A stretch of 63,436 nt of DNA, filler included, from Octopus bimaculoides (GCF_001194135.2; 8 parts of 7 records of this genome joined end to end with filler, not necessarily neighbours in it); one strand, 5' to 3'; positions 37,996 to 52,026 are shown, counted from the first letter of the whole stretch. Made by a program: numbers and translations. Notes: a model not told the origin generated them from the sequence alone.

Positions 37996-38223
37996 TTGGG
38001 AAGCTAAACCTTGGTTTCAAATTTTGGCACAAGGCCAGCTACTTCGTGGAAGGCCTAAATCGATTGCATCGTCCCCACTGCATAACTGGTACTTATTCTA
38101 TCAACTCCGAAAGGATGGAAGGCAAAGTCAACCGCGGCGGAATGTGAACTCAGAACGTAAGGAGAGACGTAATGCCACCAAGCATTATGCCCGGCTTGCT
38201 GACGTTTCTGCCAGCTCGCCGCC
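37996..38223 (-). mobile_element. SINE family A, near full length
   Basis: Homologous to 4160-4357 and including the head (CTGCCAGCTCGCCGCC). Confidence 0.85.
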
Positions 38224-38465
38224 TTTTTCAGAGACTAAATATTAGACTAAGAATTCGTGGATTATTTACTTCTTAACTATTCCTCTGCCTCGCTCTCATA
38301 TTCTAAACGAACTGTTATAATAATCTTTCTCCGGTGATAGGAACATGGAATCTGAATCCAGAATGGGCAGACCTGGAATAGACACTTCACGGCATCAACT
38401 CTGATCTTCTAAAAAATCCTCTAAAGCACAGTCCTACAGCACAATCTTATTTATAGACCTTAAAG

Positions 38466-38498
<33 letters not shown>

Positions 38499-39193
38499 AA
38501 TGAGGTTGAAAGGCAAACTTGATGCAATTGAGTCGGATCAAACGTCACAAAGATCTTTCTCCGACACTTGTTACGACTTCAAAAGTGTTCCACTTGTGAT
38601 TTCTCATATTTTGTATCTGTCATCTAAATGTCTGGCATAAGTCGTTGTTCATAAAGTTGATATTTTCTGGAGAATTAATGTCATATTTAACGTTCATATA
38701 GACAATATTTATTCATATATAACCATGTTGCTAGCAAGTTAGCTTACGTAATTACAGAGTTCCGAGATTTAATCAAACTGCCCGGCACTTTGGTGAAGTA
38801 AGTGTCTTCTCTCATCTACAGACAAATCTAGGTATATCAAATATTATACAACATAAATTCTTCATTTTAGAGAGTGTATCATAATTACCAAAAAGGCAAT
38901 TAAGACCAACTTTGCTTGAGAAGGGGAGATGATTTCAAGAATCGCCCTTAAGGGAAAAGACAGGCTTTTTACCTGGAGATAAGAGAGAACAGCCGTGGAT
39001 AAGTGTTTCTGTCTTAATAGCCATCAACAGCGTGACATCGGTTTCACCCAAGATTTGTAAATGAAATCGGGTTCTCGGAAACTAGATTTAAATCTGTTGG
39101 AGAATCATACCCTCTTGTTAAATTCATCTTTTCTGTACCTTAGCCTAAATTTTTTATCCATAATCCTGGTTAACAATATCAATTGGAACTTAC

Positions 39194-39263
39194 GTGTTTT
39201 TTAGCACAGTCTAAACTCTTATTGAAAGCATACCGTTTAAGAGATTCCACAGTGCCTGTACTG
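39194..39263 (-). CDS. Candidate 70-nt internal coding exon, STGTVESLKRYAFNKSLDCAKKH
   Basis: ccttctgttcttcgttttaatgattgcag|CAGTACAGG...AAAAAACAC|gtaagt; strong pyrimidine tract, tandem CAG-CAG acceptor, exactly one open frame. Protein not recognised. Confidence 0.4.
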
Positions 39264-40685
39264 CTGCAATCATTAAAACGAAGAACAGAAGGAAGGGTTA
39301 TCAATATCAGAATATGCTTTTTCTACTATAAGGGTATGTGTGCATTGTTAACCTTCACTCACACAATTTCAGAAATTCTGCAATAATGTGATTTGGTTAG
39401 CTTCCCTTCTCTAACTAAGAAATAAAAAACACAGTACTTCTAAAGAAGCGACCCTCATAAGGAGCAGATAACACGTGACATTCGTAAAATGTAACAAGAA
39501 TGAAACAATAATTATCGTTTTTAAATCTAACCAATGACAGAATAATTAAAAAGGAAATAACAGAAAAAAAAAGACAGTGCGTGCGGTTAAATGTTGACAA
39601 ACATGACTCGTCCAAAAAGCAAAACAATAGAAATTTTGAATTATTTTTCAGTGGAATAAATTCGAACGTTAATCATCTTCGTCATTTTTACACTAATAAA
39701 AAGTTCCACAGAAACCAGAAGATAGCATCTGTGTGAACGAGCGCATATATATGTGTGTGTATATATGAATGATGAAAAAGAGCATGTCTGTAATCTGTTA
39801 TACTATAACGTATCTTAACGCGTTAGCAGATGGTCGATTGATAAGACTTTTTGTACCTGGAATCACAGAAGTAATAACAAAAAAAAAAACATGTAGAGGG
39901 ATAGCTAAATGAAGAATATAATGGATATATATGCATGTGTGTATATATATACACAGACACATACATATACGTATATGTGTTTGTGTATGTATGTGTATAT
40001 ATACATATGCAATGATAGTGAGAGAGAGAAAGAAAGAGAGAGAGGAAGACAAGATGGGGGAGAGAATGAAAAATGGTTAGAGAGAGACATAAAGATATAT
40101 AAAGCACAGATGGATTGGTAAGAGCGGAATAAGAATTAATAGAGAGAAATAGAAGAGAAATGCCAAAAGAAAAATGAAACCAACAAAATATGCTAAACTA
40201 TACGAGGAAGATGCGATTATAATTTTTACAAAAGGATATATAATATATTTGTGTGTATATACATGTATATATGTATGTATACATATATGCTTGTATGTAT
40301 GTATATATGTGTGTATATATGTATATACATATATACATGATATATAATATATGTAATATATGCGTGTGCATACAAGCATACATACGAACGCATATATATA
40401 CAGAAACTCCCGCACACCACTCCATATCTCAAAATCACATGTCTATATTTACTTGAAACTATATACTTATACATATGCATATCTGAGAGAAAATCAACAA
40501 TCAACACATACACATACACACATATATATATATGAACATATAAACTTACACACACATTCATGTATATATATATATATATATATATNNNNNNNNNNNNNNN
40601 NNNNNNNNNNNNNNNNNNNNNNNNNNNNNTTAATTAATTAANNNNNNNNNNNNNNNNNNNNNNNNNNNNNNNNNNNNNNNNNNNN

Positions 40686-40727
<42 letters not shown>

Positions 40728-41649
40728 TTATACATGTGTGCATGTATGTATGTGTGTGCATATGTGTGCGTGTGTGCGTGTGTGTGTGTGTGTAGGTGGG
40801 TGTGTTCACAGACAATATAATTTGTAATGTGGCTTAGAAAAGGCAAAGCTTTTGGAATACGGAGCAAATATTTTAATCTTGCAAATCAAGTTAAAACCAC
40901 AGACTTATTTGCAACTTTTATTCCCAGACACAATTTATCGCAAACTTGAACTTATAGAAGTCATGTAGGCGAAGGAGTCCCATAATTTTTCTTCCGTATT
41001 TTGAAAGCAGCCCAATAGAATTTGAGCATGTTTGACATGAAGCTATATTTCTTTGAAACTAATTAACGCCCTGTATCCTTTAAACATATGTAAAGAGCAG
41101 AGGAGAGCGGTGAGTATATTTACAGGCTAATATCTTGGCGGCCATTAAGATAATTTATAGCTGGGTTTAAACAAAGTTACGTTAATATAGTTAACGAAAC
41201 CATTTATACTGAAATTTTAATTACTATAAATTAAATTGTTAAAACACTTTACTCAAAACGTATTTTGAATTGAGCGAACCAGAGTGTGCTAATGATTTCA
41301 CTGGTAATTTTGTTCTTCTCGTAGTTCCCTTATCTCTTTTGATCTCTCAGAAAATTTCAAATATATTCTCACCTCGACTATCCTGTGTATTGTTCTGACG
41401 TAATGTATTAGTAGAACTATATAGTGTGATATTCTTTTCTTTTCTAACTACACAGTGTGAGATTCTTTCTGTGTGTGAGGTTGATCTAGCTGTTATTTTC
41501 TGCTAATTGGTTGATCGAATATTGGTTTGTTTATCAGCCCGTCAATGATTTGATGCGAGTATTATGCAGCATAACTAAATACATTTAAAATTACGACAAT
41601 AGCATCAAATGATAACAAGAAAAACTAAGTTGGATTAATGTAATACATC

Positions 41650-42040
<391 letters not shown>

Positions 42041-42476
42041 AACGAGAACTACAATAAAAATTTGCAACAATAGTTTTGGTAGCAAATAAAACTTCATTAA
42101 GTCCAATTAAGCATAACATTGTCAACAGAATAAAATTACCAATTAACGCCAAAACAAGAAAAACAAAAAATTAAATTTACTAAAAACAAGAAAATAACCA
42201 GGATTTATTTTCTCGCGTCTTTCTTCTACATGTTCGTCCGATAGACACTGAAATATATATATTATTGTGTGTGTAAAGCTAATAATATTTGTCAGGCACT
42301 AGAGACTGCACTATCGTACAACTAATCGGCAAAATGGTGAGAGTGAGTGGCGTGTGGTTTCTATAAGCGAATGAGGAGCAGTGTTTGTATAAGAAAGCTA
42401 TTAAGATTGATTTTGTCTTCATCATGCTCAGCAGAACCAATGACAAACAGCACCAACTACACTTGATTACAAAATG

Positions 42477-42524
<48 letters not shown>

Positions 42525-42986
42525 AGGTGTTTGGGTGTGTGTACGTGTGTAAATTTGTTTCACAGTCCCTAAGGGTGTATCTAAGTCATTGGCTGTAACT
42601 CCGTTGACAAGAAGAGAATATAGGGTATACAACATATACAAAACAAATGAAAGTAACTACATAAAAGAGACAAATAAAAGCAAAACACAATAACCTGGTA
42701 TTTATTTATTATTTATTTCAAAACGTGAACTGAAATGTTACTAGAAAGCGGGTAGCTACGACCAGTTTAGAGGTCTTTGTCGTTGCTGAATAAATCTTGC
42801 TGTGCAAATATAATCCTTCCACATTATTCATTTCAAGAGAAGAATTTTATCAGGATGATTCTGGAAGGTCAGTTACCAATGTACAGAATATCAACAAAAG
42901 CAATACTTCCTAATTTATGTTTCTATTCGTCTATCGTTTTCTCTGTTTGTTATTTTTTCTTTCTCTTCTTCCGTTTGTTTAAAAAA

Positions 42987-43032
<46 letters not shown>

Positions 43033-44189
43033 CAAACAAAAAATAGAAAGAATAGAAGAAATAACAATAATAACAAGTAGGTATAAACATATGAACAAAT
43101 AAATAAAAACAAATTAAACGAACCTGTATAAACAGGGGATACAGATAATACAGGCACCCCCTCATACTAAACAGTACTTATCCAAATTTTTCTGTAATTC
43201 AAACTTTGCTAAAGATTTTCTACTATTTGAAAATAATATGTATTCTTGTTTTTATACTATTCATTTGGTTCTTTATAGATTATTTTAATAGATAACTTAT
43301 TTAACACTAAATTATTTAGAAGTTATAGTTTCATTTCAACATAATATTAGAACTTCGATTGGAATAGTGTTGATATATTTTCGATTATTTTTGATTAATA
43401 TTATTTGATTAATTATTAATCTTTATAGTTTATAATATCGTTAAAGTTTTTTAAAATCAAAACTTTGTATATATNNNNNNNNNNNNNNNNNNNNNNNNNN
43501 NNNNNNNNNNNNNNNNNNTTAATTAATTAANNNNNNNNNNNNNNNNNNNNNNNNNNNNNNNNNNNNNNNNNNNNGACTAAAGGCGATGCTCCAGCATGGC
43601 CACAGCCAAATGACTGAAACCAGTAAAAGAAAAACATGAAAACTCAAAAAATTAAACATCTTACTGAATATAACATTTTTATAAAAACTCCTACCATTCC
43701 TATTGAGGGGGCCAAACATCAACAATGTGTTGAAGTATTGAATCAAAAGGATCTAACCCTTTTAATTCAATCTCTTGTCGCCACATGAACCCAATTTTCG
43801 GTGGGGAGATATGGCAATTTTTTAATGGGGGTGAGATAACCAAAATGTACCAATTTAGGAACAGTAATAATTTATCCTTATCTAATACAAGCCAAAGTTA
43901 AAAAATTCACCATTCAAAATAGTTTCAAAGGTGGCAGGAATAATAATAAGTTCTACTCGGAAATTTTCAATTGAATAGTATGAGATATTTTGGTTTTCTC
44001 TTCTCTTAAATTCCGGCCTTCCTTTAGTATTCCTGTTGTTTTAGATCAATGTATAGATGTATGTAAGTATACTGCAATGTGTTAATATGGATAATATATA
44101 AGGGAGATAATATATAATATAAGGGAGATAATCAGAGAAAGATTTGAAAGACATCTGAAGTAAAGTAAATATAACAAAAAATAATTCAG

Positions 44190-44370
44190 AATCCTTGTCC
44201 GGTACCAGATCGACCCCTAAATCTAATTAGTTCATGTCAGTCACAAGGCCAAACATTCCTGAAAGTTTCATCCGAATCCATCCAGCAGTTCTTGAGATAT
44301 CTTGTGCACGGACAAACAAACAAACGTGACTAAAAACAATACTTCCGCCTTTGCTAAGACAGCGGTGATA
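44190..44370 (+). mobile_element. Helentron-associated non-autonomous (HINE/DINE-like) element remnant
   Basis: AAAGTTTCATCCGAATCCATCCAGCAGTTCTTGAGATATC, short (CAAA)n, then AACAATACTTCCGCC... degenerate subterminal hairpin; recalled architecture of HINE 3' ends. Confidence 0.5.
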
Positions 44371-44379
44371 ATAGAAATA

Positions 44380-44720
44380 TTGAGGGAGGGGACTAGTCGA
44401 TTATAACGACTTCAGTGTTTCACTGGTACTTATTTTATCAACCCCGAAACCATGAAAAGCAAAGTCGACCTTGGCGGAATTTGAACTCGGAACATAAAGA
44501 CAGGTGAAATATGGCTAATCATTCCGTCTAGCACGCTAACGATTCTGCCAGCTTGCCCCCCCCCCCCCAAGAACAACTTGGGGGACGGCATTAAGTCAAT
44601 TACATTCACGCCAGTGTGTGACTGGTATTTATTTAATCAACCCCGAAAGGATGAAAGGTAAATGAAATACCACTCAGCATTTTGCCGGGTGTGCTTAACA
44701 ATTCTGACCGCTCGCTGCCT
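44380..44720 (-). mobile_element. Two tandem SINE family A copies
   Basis: 44380-44556 and 44580-44720 are homologous to 4160-4357. Confidence 0.8.
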
Positions 44721-44949
44721 TAATAATAATAAATAATAATAATAATAATAGAACATCACTTTTTCACTTTCATGAATGTGAAACTTTCCCCTAATGTCCA
44801 TTTCCTATTTGGAGGTGAATCAGCAGTGATGAGACCATCAGACAGAATGCTTCGTAGTAGTTGTTCTCAAACTCTGCACTCCAAGTTCAAATCCCAGTGA
44901 GGTCAATATTTACTATTCATTTTTTTTTTTTTTTAATCCATTTAACTAA

Positions 44950-45340
44950 TCCATTCTCTCCAACTAAAGAGCAGAGGCCATCGATGACTGTTCTGCCTTG
45001 TTCTCAAATCTGGGTTGCTTTTCCTGTTTTCTGTTTCCCCCTCCAGTTGGATCCCTGCTTTTTCAGCTCTGTCCCAGTGTTCCACCTGGGCAAGAGAGGG
45101 CAAGACGAAGGTAATGCATAAAACAGGTAATCTTCTACCTCCATTGTGGTTTCCAGATACAAGGTGTTCATTTCTCTAAGGTATGACCAACCCATCCCAA
45201 TTTGTTTCTTCCATCGCAATTTTGGTGTTTTTCTTTTGACCAAAAGGGGAGAAGGGCTCTTAGTTTCCTTTCAGATTTTTATGCTCCTCATTAGGTTTCT
45301 CGTAAGAAAAGTGTTGTACTGCATGTTTGACATACGATAT
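44950..45340 (-). mobile_element. Decayed RTE-clade LINE C-terminus (family distinct from the CAT-tailed one)
   Basis: Minus-strand pieces WGWVGHTL, ELKKQGSNW and DGLCS match the RTE ORF end (W.GH.LR...W.....DGLC). Confidence 0.55.
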
Positions 45341-46044
45341 AACGGGATAATAAGAATGTCCTTGCAAATCATTCTACTCAAGATACCAGTAATAACCCTG
45401 GACAATACGCAACTCTTGGCTTCACTCTGCTCAAGGCCCTCTGCGAATGTCCATTCATAATGTGGCACAGTCCATTAGGAGCCAACCAAAAGGGGTGTTC
45501 TACTTCCACACAAAAAAAGCCCTTCCTCCTTCAGGTCTTGTTGGTTTTTGAATTGTCATCAACGCTTCTATAATTCTGCTTTTTCCTAGGTAGGGATCAT
45601 GGCCCCACACAAACCCAATTTTACTTCTGGAAAGAGGAGGTGATCTATATTAGTTAAGCCCCTATCCTTGAACTTGTCCTGTATGTGAGATCCTACCAAG
45701 AGGTTGTGCTCTGCTAGTATAGCTTTCAGGAGGTCACTGAGGCATACAAGCTATCAAAATGCAAAAAAAGACCAGACCTTGTAGTGTTTTCAGGGGTTAA
45801 AAGAAAATGTAGAAATGTAGGGCATGGTTGAACTGGCAGAACTATAAGAACATTGGGCTGGATGTCTGGTGGTATTTGGTTGGGGGTCTTTGCAAATTGA
45901 CTAAGTCCCACTTTTAAGGCTTTAGGTGGCCTACAACTAGAACAGAACTATTTTTGCTCAGGAGCTACATGTTGCAACTGAACCTGAAACAATGTGGTTG
46001 GGAAGCAAACTTCTGGGTCGCATGGCCACACAAACGCTCACTAT

Positions 46045-46335
46045 ATATATTCTGTGAGCTCATGATTCTATAGTTGGGAGTTCAATACCTGGCAGTGCAT
46101 TGTGTCCCTGAGCAAGACACTTCATTTTCACATTGCTCCATTCCACTCACCAGGCAAAAATGAGTTGTACCTGTAATTCAAAGGGGCCAGCCTTGCTGAA
46201 TCCTGTGTCACTCTGAATCTCCCCGAGAACTACATTGAGGGTATGCATGTCCGTGGATTACTCAACCAAGTTTGCATGTTAATTTCATGAGTAGGCTGTT
46301 CCATTGATCAAATCAACTGAAGCCCTTGGCATTGT
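46045..46335 (+). mobile_element. SINE family C
   Basis: Homologous to 59901-60185 and 62427-62802. Confidence 0.8.
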
Positions 46336-46473
46336 AACCACTGGAAGACCAGTGTATGAAGCTAGTGTGTATAAGTAAGGGCACATACACGAGTGTGTGT
46401 ATGTCTATATATATATATATATATATACATACATACATATATATATATACATTCATACATATACAAACACACA

Positions 46474-46960
46474 CATCATCATCATCATCGTTTAACGTCC
46501 GCTTTCCATGCTAGCATGGGTTGGACGATTTGACTGAGGACTGGTGAAACCGGATGGCAACACCAGGCTCAAATCTAATTTGGCAGAGTTTCTACAGCTG
46601 GATGCCCTTCCTAACGCCAACCACTCAGAGAGTGTAGTGGGTGCTTTTACGTGTCACCTGCACGAAAACGGCCACGCTCGAAATGGTGTCTTTTATGTGC
46701 CACCCGCGCAAGAGCCAGTCCAGGGGCACTGGCAACGATCTCAATGAGGCAATGTGACTAAAGTTGGCATCACGGAACTAGCAACCATGCCGGTGGCATG
46801 TAAGAAGCACCTTCTGAGCACTGGGCCTCACAGGGGCAATGGCAAATGACATGGTTGAGAAGACCCATCAAGCCAAGTGAAATCATAGTCATGGCAGATA
46901 TTGGTGCCATGCAAACTGACACCCATGGCAGTGGTATGTAAAAGCACCCATTACATGAAC
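46474..46960 (-). mobile_element. RTE-type LINE 3' UTR with (CAT)n tail
   Basis: Nearly identical to 61065-61246, which is contiguous across a short gap with RTE reverse transcriptase sequence. Confidence 0.85.
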
Positions 46961-47339
46961 GTGTAGTTCTGTACCTACCATCACATTATATCCTTCAGCA
47001 ACACACTTTATTTTGAGGTTGCTCTGTCCACTCAGCTGTCACACTGAATCTCCCTGAGAATTACATTAAGAATACGTGCGTCTGTGGAGTGCTCAGCCAC
47101 TTGCACATTAATTCCATGAACAGGTTGTTCCATCAACCAAATCAACTGGAACACTCGATGGAGGTCCAGTTTTTCGAGCAATATCACAGTGGGAAAAAAA
47201 AACCCTTTTAGTCAGACCCATTGCATGGTACTTTGTAGCCTTGTTTTTCATCATCTTAAGATTAGGCCAAAATCACTGACACCAGTGGACATACAGAAAG
47301 AAACTGGAATGCAATTGGAAAAAAAAAAAAGAAAAATGG

Positions 47340-47635
47340 CTCTCCTTTGGTTATGACAAGGGTTCCAGTTGATCCAATCAATGGAACAGCCGGCTTGTGA
47401 AATTAAAGAGCAAGTAGTTGAGCATTCCATGGACATGCATACCCTTAATGTTGTTCTCAGGGAGATCCAACATGACACAGAGTATGACAAGGCTGGAACC
47501 TTGAAATACAGGTGTATTTCATTTTTCCAGCTGAATGCACTGGATTAATGTGAAATAAAGCTCAAGGACACAACATGCCACTGGAAATTGAACTCCTGAC
47601 CTTACATTCGTGAACCAAATACCCTAACCACTTAA
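47340..47635 (-). mobile_element. SINE family C, inverted relative to 46045-46335
   Basis: Reverse complement matches 62427-62802. Confidence 0.8.
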
Positions 47636-47639
47636 CCAT

Positions 47640-48203
47640 GCACCTCTACTAGCAGTTGAGGGAACCTGTGCAACAGGTAGACCCAGGAAGACCTGGGATG
47701 AGGTGGTGAAGCATGACCTTCGAATATTGGGCTTCTCAAGGCAATGACAAATGGCTGAGACCTTTGGAGATATTCTGTGCTTGAGAAGACCCAGAAAGCC
47801 AACTGAGACCATAACTGTGGCCTATGCCAGTGCTGCATAACCAACCCATTTAAGAGTACCCTTCAATCATTGGGCAATAATCTCTGCTTGTGAGGACATG
47901 TTGAGGCAAGTGAAACCGTTGTCGTGGCCAATGACAGTACCACCTAACTGGCACCCATGCCAGTGGGATGTTAAAAGCACCATTTGAGCGTGATCGTTGC
48001 CAGTGCCACCTGACTGGCTCCTGCACCAGTGGAACGTTAAAGCCTCCACTACACTCTCGGAGTGGTTGGCATTAGGAAGGGCATCCAGCTGTAGAAACTT
48101 TGCCAAATCAGATTGGGGCCTGGTGCAGCCTCCTGGCTTGCCAGTCCTCAGTCAAACCATCCAACTCATGCCAGCATGGAAAGCAGATGTTAAACGACGA
48201 CGA
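47640..48203 (+). mobile_element. RTE LINE 3' end (ORF terminus plus UTR)
   Basis: Encodes VEGTCATGRPRKTWDEVVKHDLRILG (GRP.KTW motif of RTE), then the UTR ending GATGTTAAACGACGACGAT. Confidence 0.85.
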
Positions 48204-48669
48204 TATTTGTTGACAAGTCTATTATTTTGAATCTCTCTGGAATATAAGAGTCTTCGCAACAGTTTGAGGAATCAGTCATTCACATATGTTTTAACCACAC
48301 CCAACACACAACCCACCAACAAAAGAGATTCAGGTTCTCAACAAAGAGGAAAACTCCTTAGCAGAAAAAAATTAATAAGACAAAAAAAAAAAACAATTAG
48401 CAAAAATACTGCCAGCCCAAGCAGGAGCACCTGAAGTAGCTCCCTACCGTCGAGGGAGTCAGGAAAAGAATACTTCCAGTACAGTAAGAATGCTTTCATT
48501 AATTATCAAAGAATCGCTGAAGGAGACTCGGTCACTGCAAAAATTATTCTAGGATAATAAAAATAACACATGGCTACTTTTTTAATCCAGCAGTCAGACC
48601 GATTGATGCACTAAATATCATTCAGAATAATACCAGGGACACATAAAAAAGTACCTGTGCATCAAACCA

Positions 48670-48799
48670 AAGGTGAGAGTTAGTAATGAGTATAGCAAGA
48701 GCTTTAGTGTGCAGGTAGGAGTTCACCAGGGTTCATCTGAGTCACGTACAGAGGGGCTGTCAGTAAGGTGAGAGTTAGCAATGAGTATAGCAAGAGCTT
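48670..48799 (+). repeat. Circularly permuted copy of 50704-50798
   Basis: 48670-48735 equals 50733-50798 (1 mismatch), then 48736-48799 equals 50704-50767 (exact). Confidence 0.95.
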
Positions 48800-48955
48800 G
48801 GTGGAGTGGTTGGCATTAGGAAGGGCATCCAGCTATAGAAACCATGCCAAAAACAGACTGGAGGTTGATGCAGCTCTCTGGCTTGCCAGTTCCAGTCAAA
48901 CCGTCCAATCCATGCCAGCATGGAGAATGGACACTAAAAGACGATGATGATGATG
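48800..48955 (+). mobile_element. RTE 3' UTR fragment; inverted copies at 49473-49790 and 50238-50430
   Basis: GAGTGGTTGGCATTAGGAAGGGCATCCAGCT...CCATGCCAGCATGG...(GAT)n. Confidence 0.85.
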
Positions 48956-49269
48956 ATAAAAGAGATTTTACAGAAACAATACCTCTGTCTTCAGTAATCT
49001 TGATGTATTTGACTTAAGCAGTGACAGTAGTAGTAGTAGTAGCAGTGGTAGTAGTATGGGAGCATGCACTGCAACAGTGCATCACTGCATCCACCATTTG
49101 TTGGTGATTCCCTCTTATTCCTGGCAGATGACTCCTCTGCAACACTCAGACGACAACTCTCCAGCCCATGGGTCTGTTTGGGTGGTCATTACTGGTGAGG
49201 GTTTTACGAGATTAAAGAGCAAATATTACTTCAGCCTCTTTTCGGTTACCTTTTTGCAGAGGAAAGGTC

Positions 49270-50200
49270 AGGTCTATTCTTTGGCATGATGGTCCCAACA
49301 CGGGACGTCTTCACAAAGCAAATTCTCAACACATCTTCTCTAACATAACTTTCAGCACTGCTGACACCACTGCAACCTTTAATAACATCAAACCAAATCC
49401 AGCAGTGGGCCCCTCATAGGTTTCCTTCTATGAAAGAAATGCATACATCAACTTAACATCTCTTGCTAATTATCATTCAACGTCCATTTTCCATGCTGGC
49501 ATGGGTTGGACAGTTCAACAAGAGCTGGTAAGGCTGGAGAGCTGCACCAGGCTCCAGTCATCTGTTTTGACATGGCTTCCACAACTGGATGCCCTTCCTA
49601 ATGCCAACCACTTTACAGGGTGTACTGGGTGCTTTTTACATGGCACAGGGTACTTGTGTTGCATCTGCAAGGGTATTTTTTATATGACACTTGCACGGAT
49701 GCTCTTTATATAGTGTCAGCACAGGTGTCTTTTATGTGGCACAAGCATAAGTGCATTTTATGTGGTGCCAGCATGTCCGATTTTCCAGAGGAATTTGCTG
49801 GATTTAGGTTTTATACCTAAACATTTTCTGTCGCAATCTGTCATTCGTGTTTTTAAAAATGAAATAAGTATCTCACAGTGATTTACTGTTTGATCTCATT
49901 AATCTTTCATAAGATTAGAGTATTTAAGAGGGTGGTAAAACCAACATTATCTGCCTTCTTAAAGAGAAATCATCTACTTGGTACCAACTAATATAGTCTT
50001 CATGACGGCAAAGACTACCTAACACAGCACCTCCATCACAGATGTCATTTATCTTGACTTCAGATCAGAAATATTATCTTCAGGAAAACAGCCAGCCACC
50101 TAATCATGTCAATCTAGTGGCCACACAATCCAGACTGATTACATTCACGTGACTGGTGTAGCAGCATCGGAGTCAATTGTTACAAGGGTAAAGGAGATGC
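49270..50200 (+). mobile_element. Decayed CR1-group LINE reverse transcriptase, interrupted by an RTE 3' end at 49473-49790
   Basis: Pieces NNIKPNPAVGP, FLKRNHLLGTN*YS, LTQHLH and DVIYLDF resemble CR1 RT motifs. Confidence 0.55.
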
Positions 50201-50444
50201 CTCAGAGAGAAGTAACTACAGAGGTATCAAATTGTATCATCATCACCAGCATTTAACATCCACTTTCCATGCTGGCATGGGTTGGACAGTTTGACAGGAG
50301 CTGGCCAGGCAGAAAACTACATCAGGCTTCTGTGTTTGTTTTGGCAAGGTTTTTTACAGCTGGATGCCCTTCCAAACGCCAACCACTTTACAGTGTTGAG
50401 CTGGATGCTGTTTACATGGCACCAGCAATGGCAAACCATGAAAA

Positions 50445-51600
50445 TCAGAGAAAAGATTACAACTAAACTAATTAGGAGGAGAGTTAGCCGAGATAAAACA
50501 CAGTTTGGTTTTGTGCTAGGAAGAAGCACTACTGAAGCTATCTTCCTTGTTAGTGAAGTCATGACAGGAAAAGTATTTAGTCAGAAGTGAACCGCTGTAC
50601 TTAGCATTTGTCAACACTGAGAATATCTGACAGGATGTCTCTCACTTACTCACCTGGTGGACACTGTAGAAACAAGAGTTAGAGGAATGGCTGGTGAGTG
50701 CCATCTGAGTCACGTACAGAGGGGCTGTCAGTAAGGTGAGAGTTAGCAATGAGTATAGCAAGAGCTTTAGTGTGCAGGTAGGAGTTCACCAGGGTTCAGT
50801 TCTCAGTCCTTTCCTATTTACCAAAGTCTTCTAGGCAATAACAGAAGTTTAAGACTGGTCCCCATGGGAGGTTTTATGTGCTGATGATCATGTTCTTACA
50901 GCTGAATCTGTAGAAGAATTAGAAGAGAAATTCCAGGTATGGAAGCAAGAACTGGGATCAAAGGGCCTCAAAAGGTAACTTAGCAAAGAAAAAGCTATGG
51001 TAAGCAAGAAAAACTTAATACCTTCAGGAAAATGCTGCCTGTCTGCTATCTAGTAAAGGTGTTGGCAGAAATTCCATATAGTATACTGTGTGAAAATTGT
51101 GGACACATGACAGGTACAGTAGAAACACAGGAAGGGAAACATAGAAAACAGGCTTTGTATGTGGCAGATGTGCAGAAAAAGGAACAAGAGATTTCCTCAA
51201 ATGCCCAGGATGATCCTTACCTAGGTGATCTAATTAGCAGTAGCAGAGGTTCTGAAAATACAATTAGAATAAGAATCAGAGAAAGTTCAGAGAGCTATTT
51301 CTCAGAGTGAAGAGCAGATAGTATGATATTTGTGTGTAAAATACAATGCTACATGGTAGTGAAATGGTGGCTGTGAATGAAAATGATATGTGAAGGCATG
51401 AAAGAAATGTAGCTAGCATGCTCCGTTGGACATGCAGTGCAATGTCAGCGTGCATGTATGACAAAGTGAAAATGTGTTAAGAGAATCAATGCAGGGTACA
51501 AAAGAGAAGACAGGTGTGGTCATGTGATGTGTATGAATAAGGGCAGGTGCATAAAAGAATGCTGATTGCTAAATGTGAATGGAAGATGTGGAAGAAGGCA
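50445..51600 (+). mobile_element. Decayed RTE LINE reverse transcriptase region
   Basis: KTQFGFVLGRSTTEAIFLV, GVHQGSVLSPFLF and a degenerate YADD motif; many stops and frameshifts. Confidence 0.9.
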
Positions 51601-51824
51601 GTCTCAAATTATTGTACCAAGTCATGATAGTTATAGAAATAAACATAGCTCAACTAATTAGGAAAAGATTTAACCAAGATAAAATGCCAAAGAGAAGCAC
51701 TACCGATTCTATCTTGTTAGTAAAGCAACAGCAGGAAAAGACATAGGATGCTTTACAAGGGACATTTCAAAGAATCGAGATGGTTGGCAATTTGCCGTGT
51801 TCAAGGAAACCTGTCCATCTCAGC

Positions 51825-52026
51825 AAAAATGGGACCCTAATACCTTATCTTTTATATCTATGCTCCTACACCCAATCTGTTCTTGTTGAGTTTCTAGTCC
51901 CTAATTCGTCCTTTCTAACAACCATGTAAAAATGGGACCCTAAAATGCTTATCTTTTATATTTATGCTCCTACAATCTGTTCTTGTTGAGTTTCCAGTCC
52001 TCAACTGGTCCTTTCTAACAACCATG
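51825..52026 (+). repeat. Tandem duplication of about 100 bp (51825-51926 and 51928-52026)
   Basis: AAAAATGGGACCCTAA...CCTTTCTAACAACCATG occurs twice with a few differences. Confidence 0.9.
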
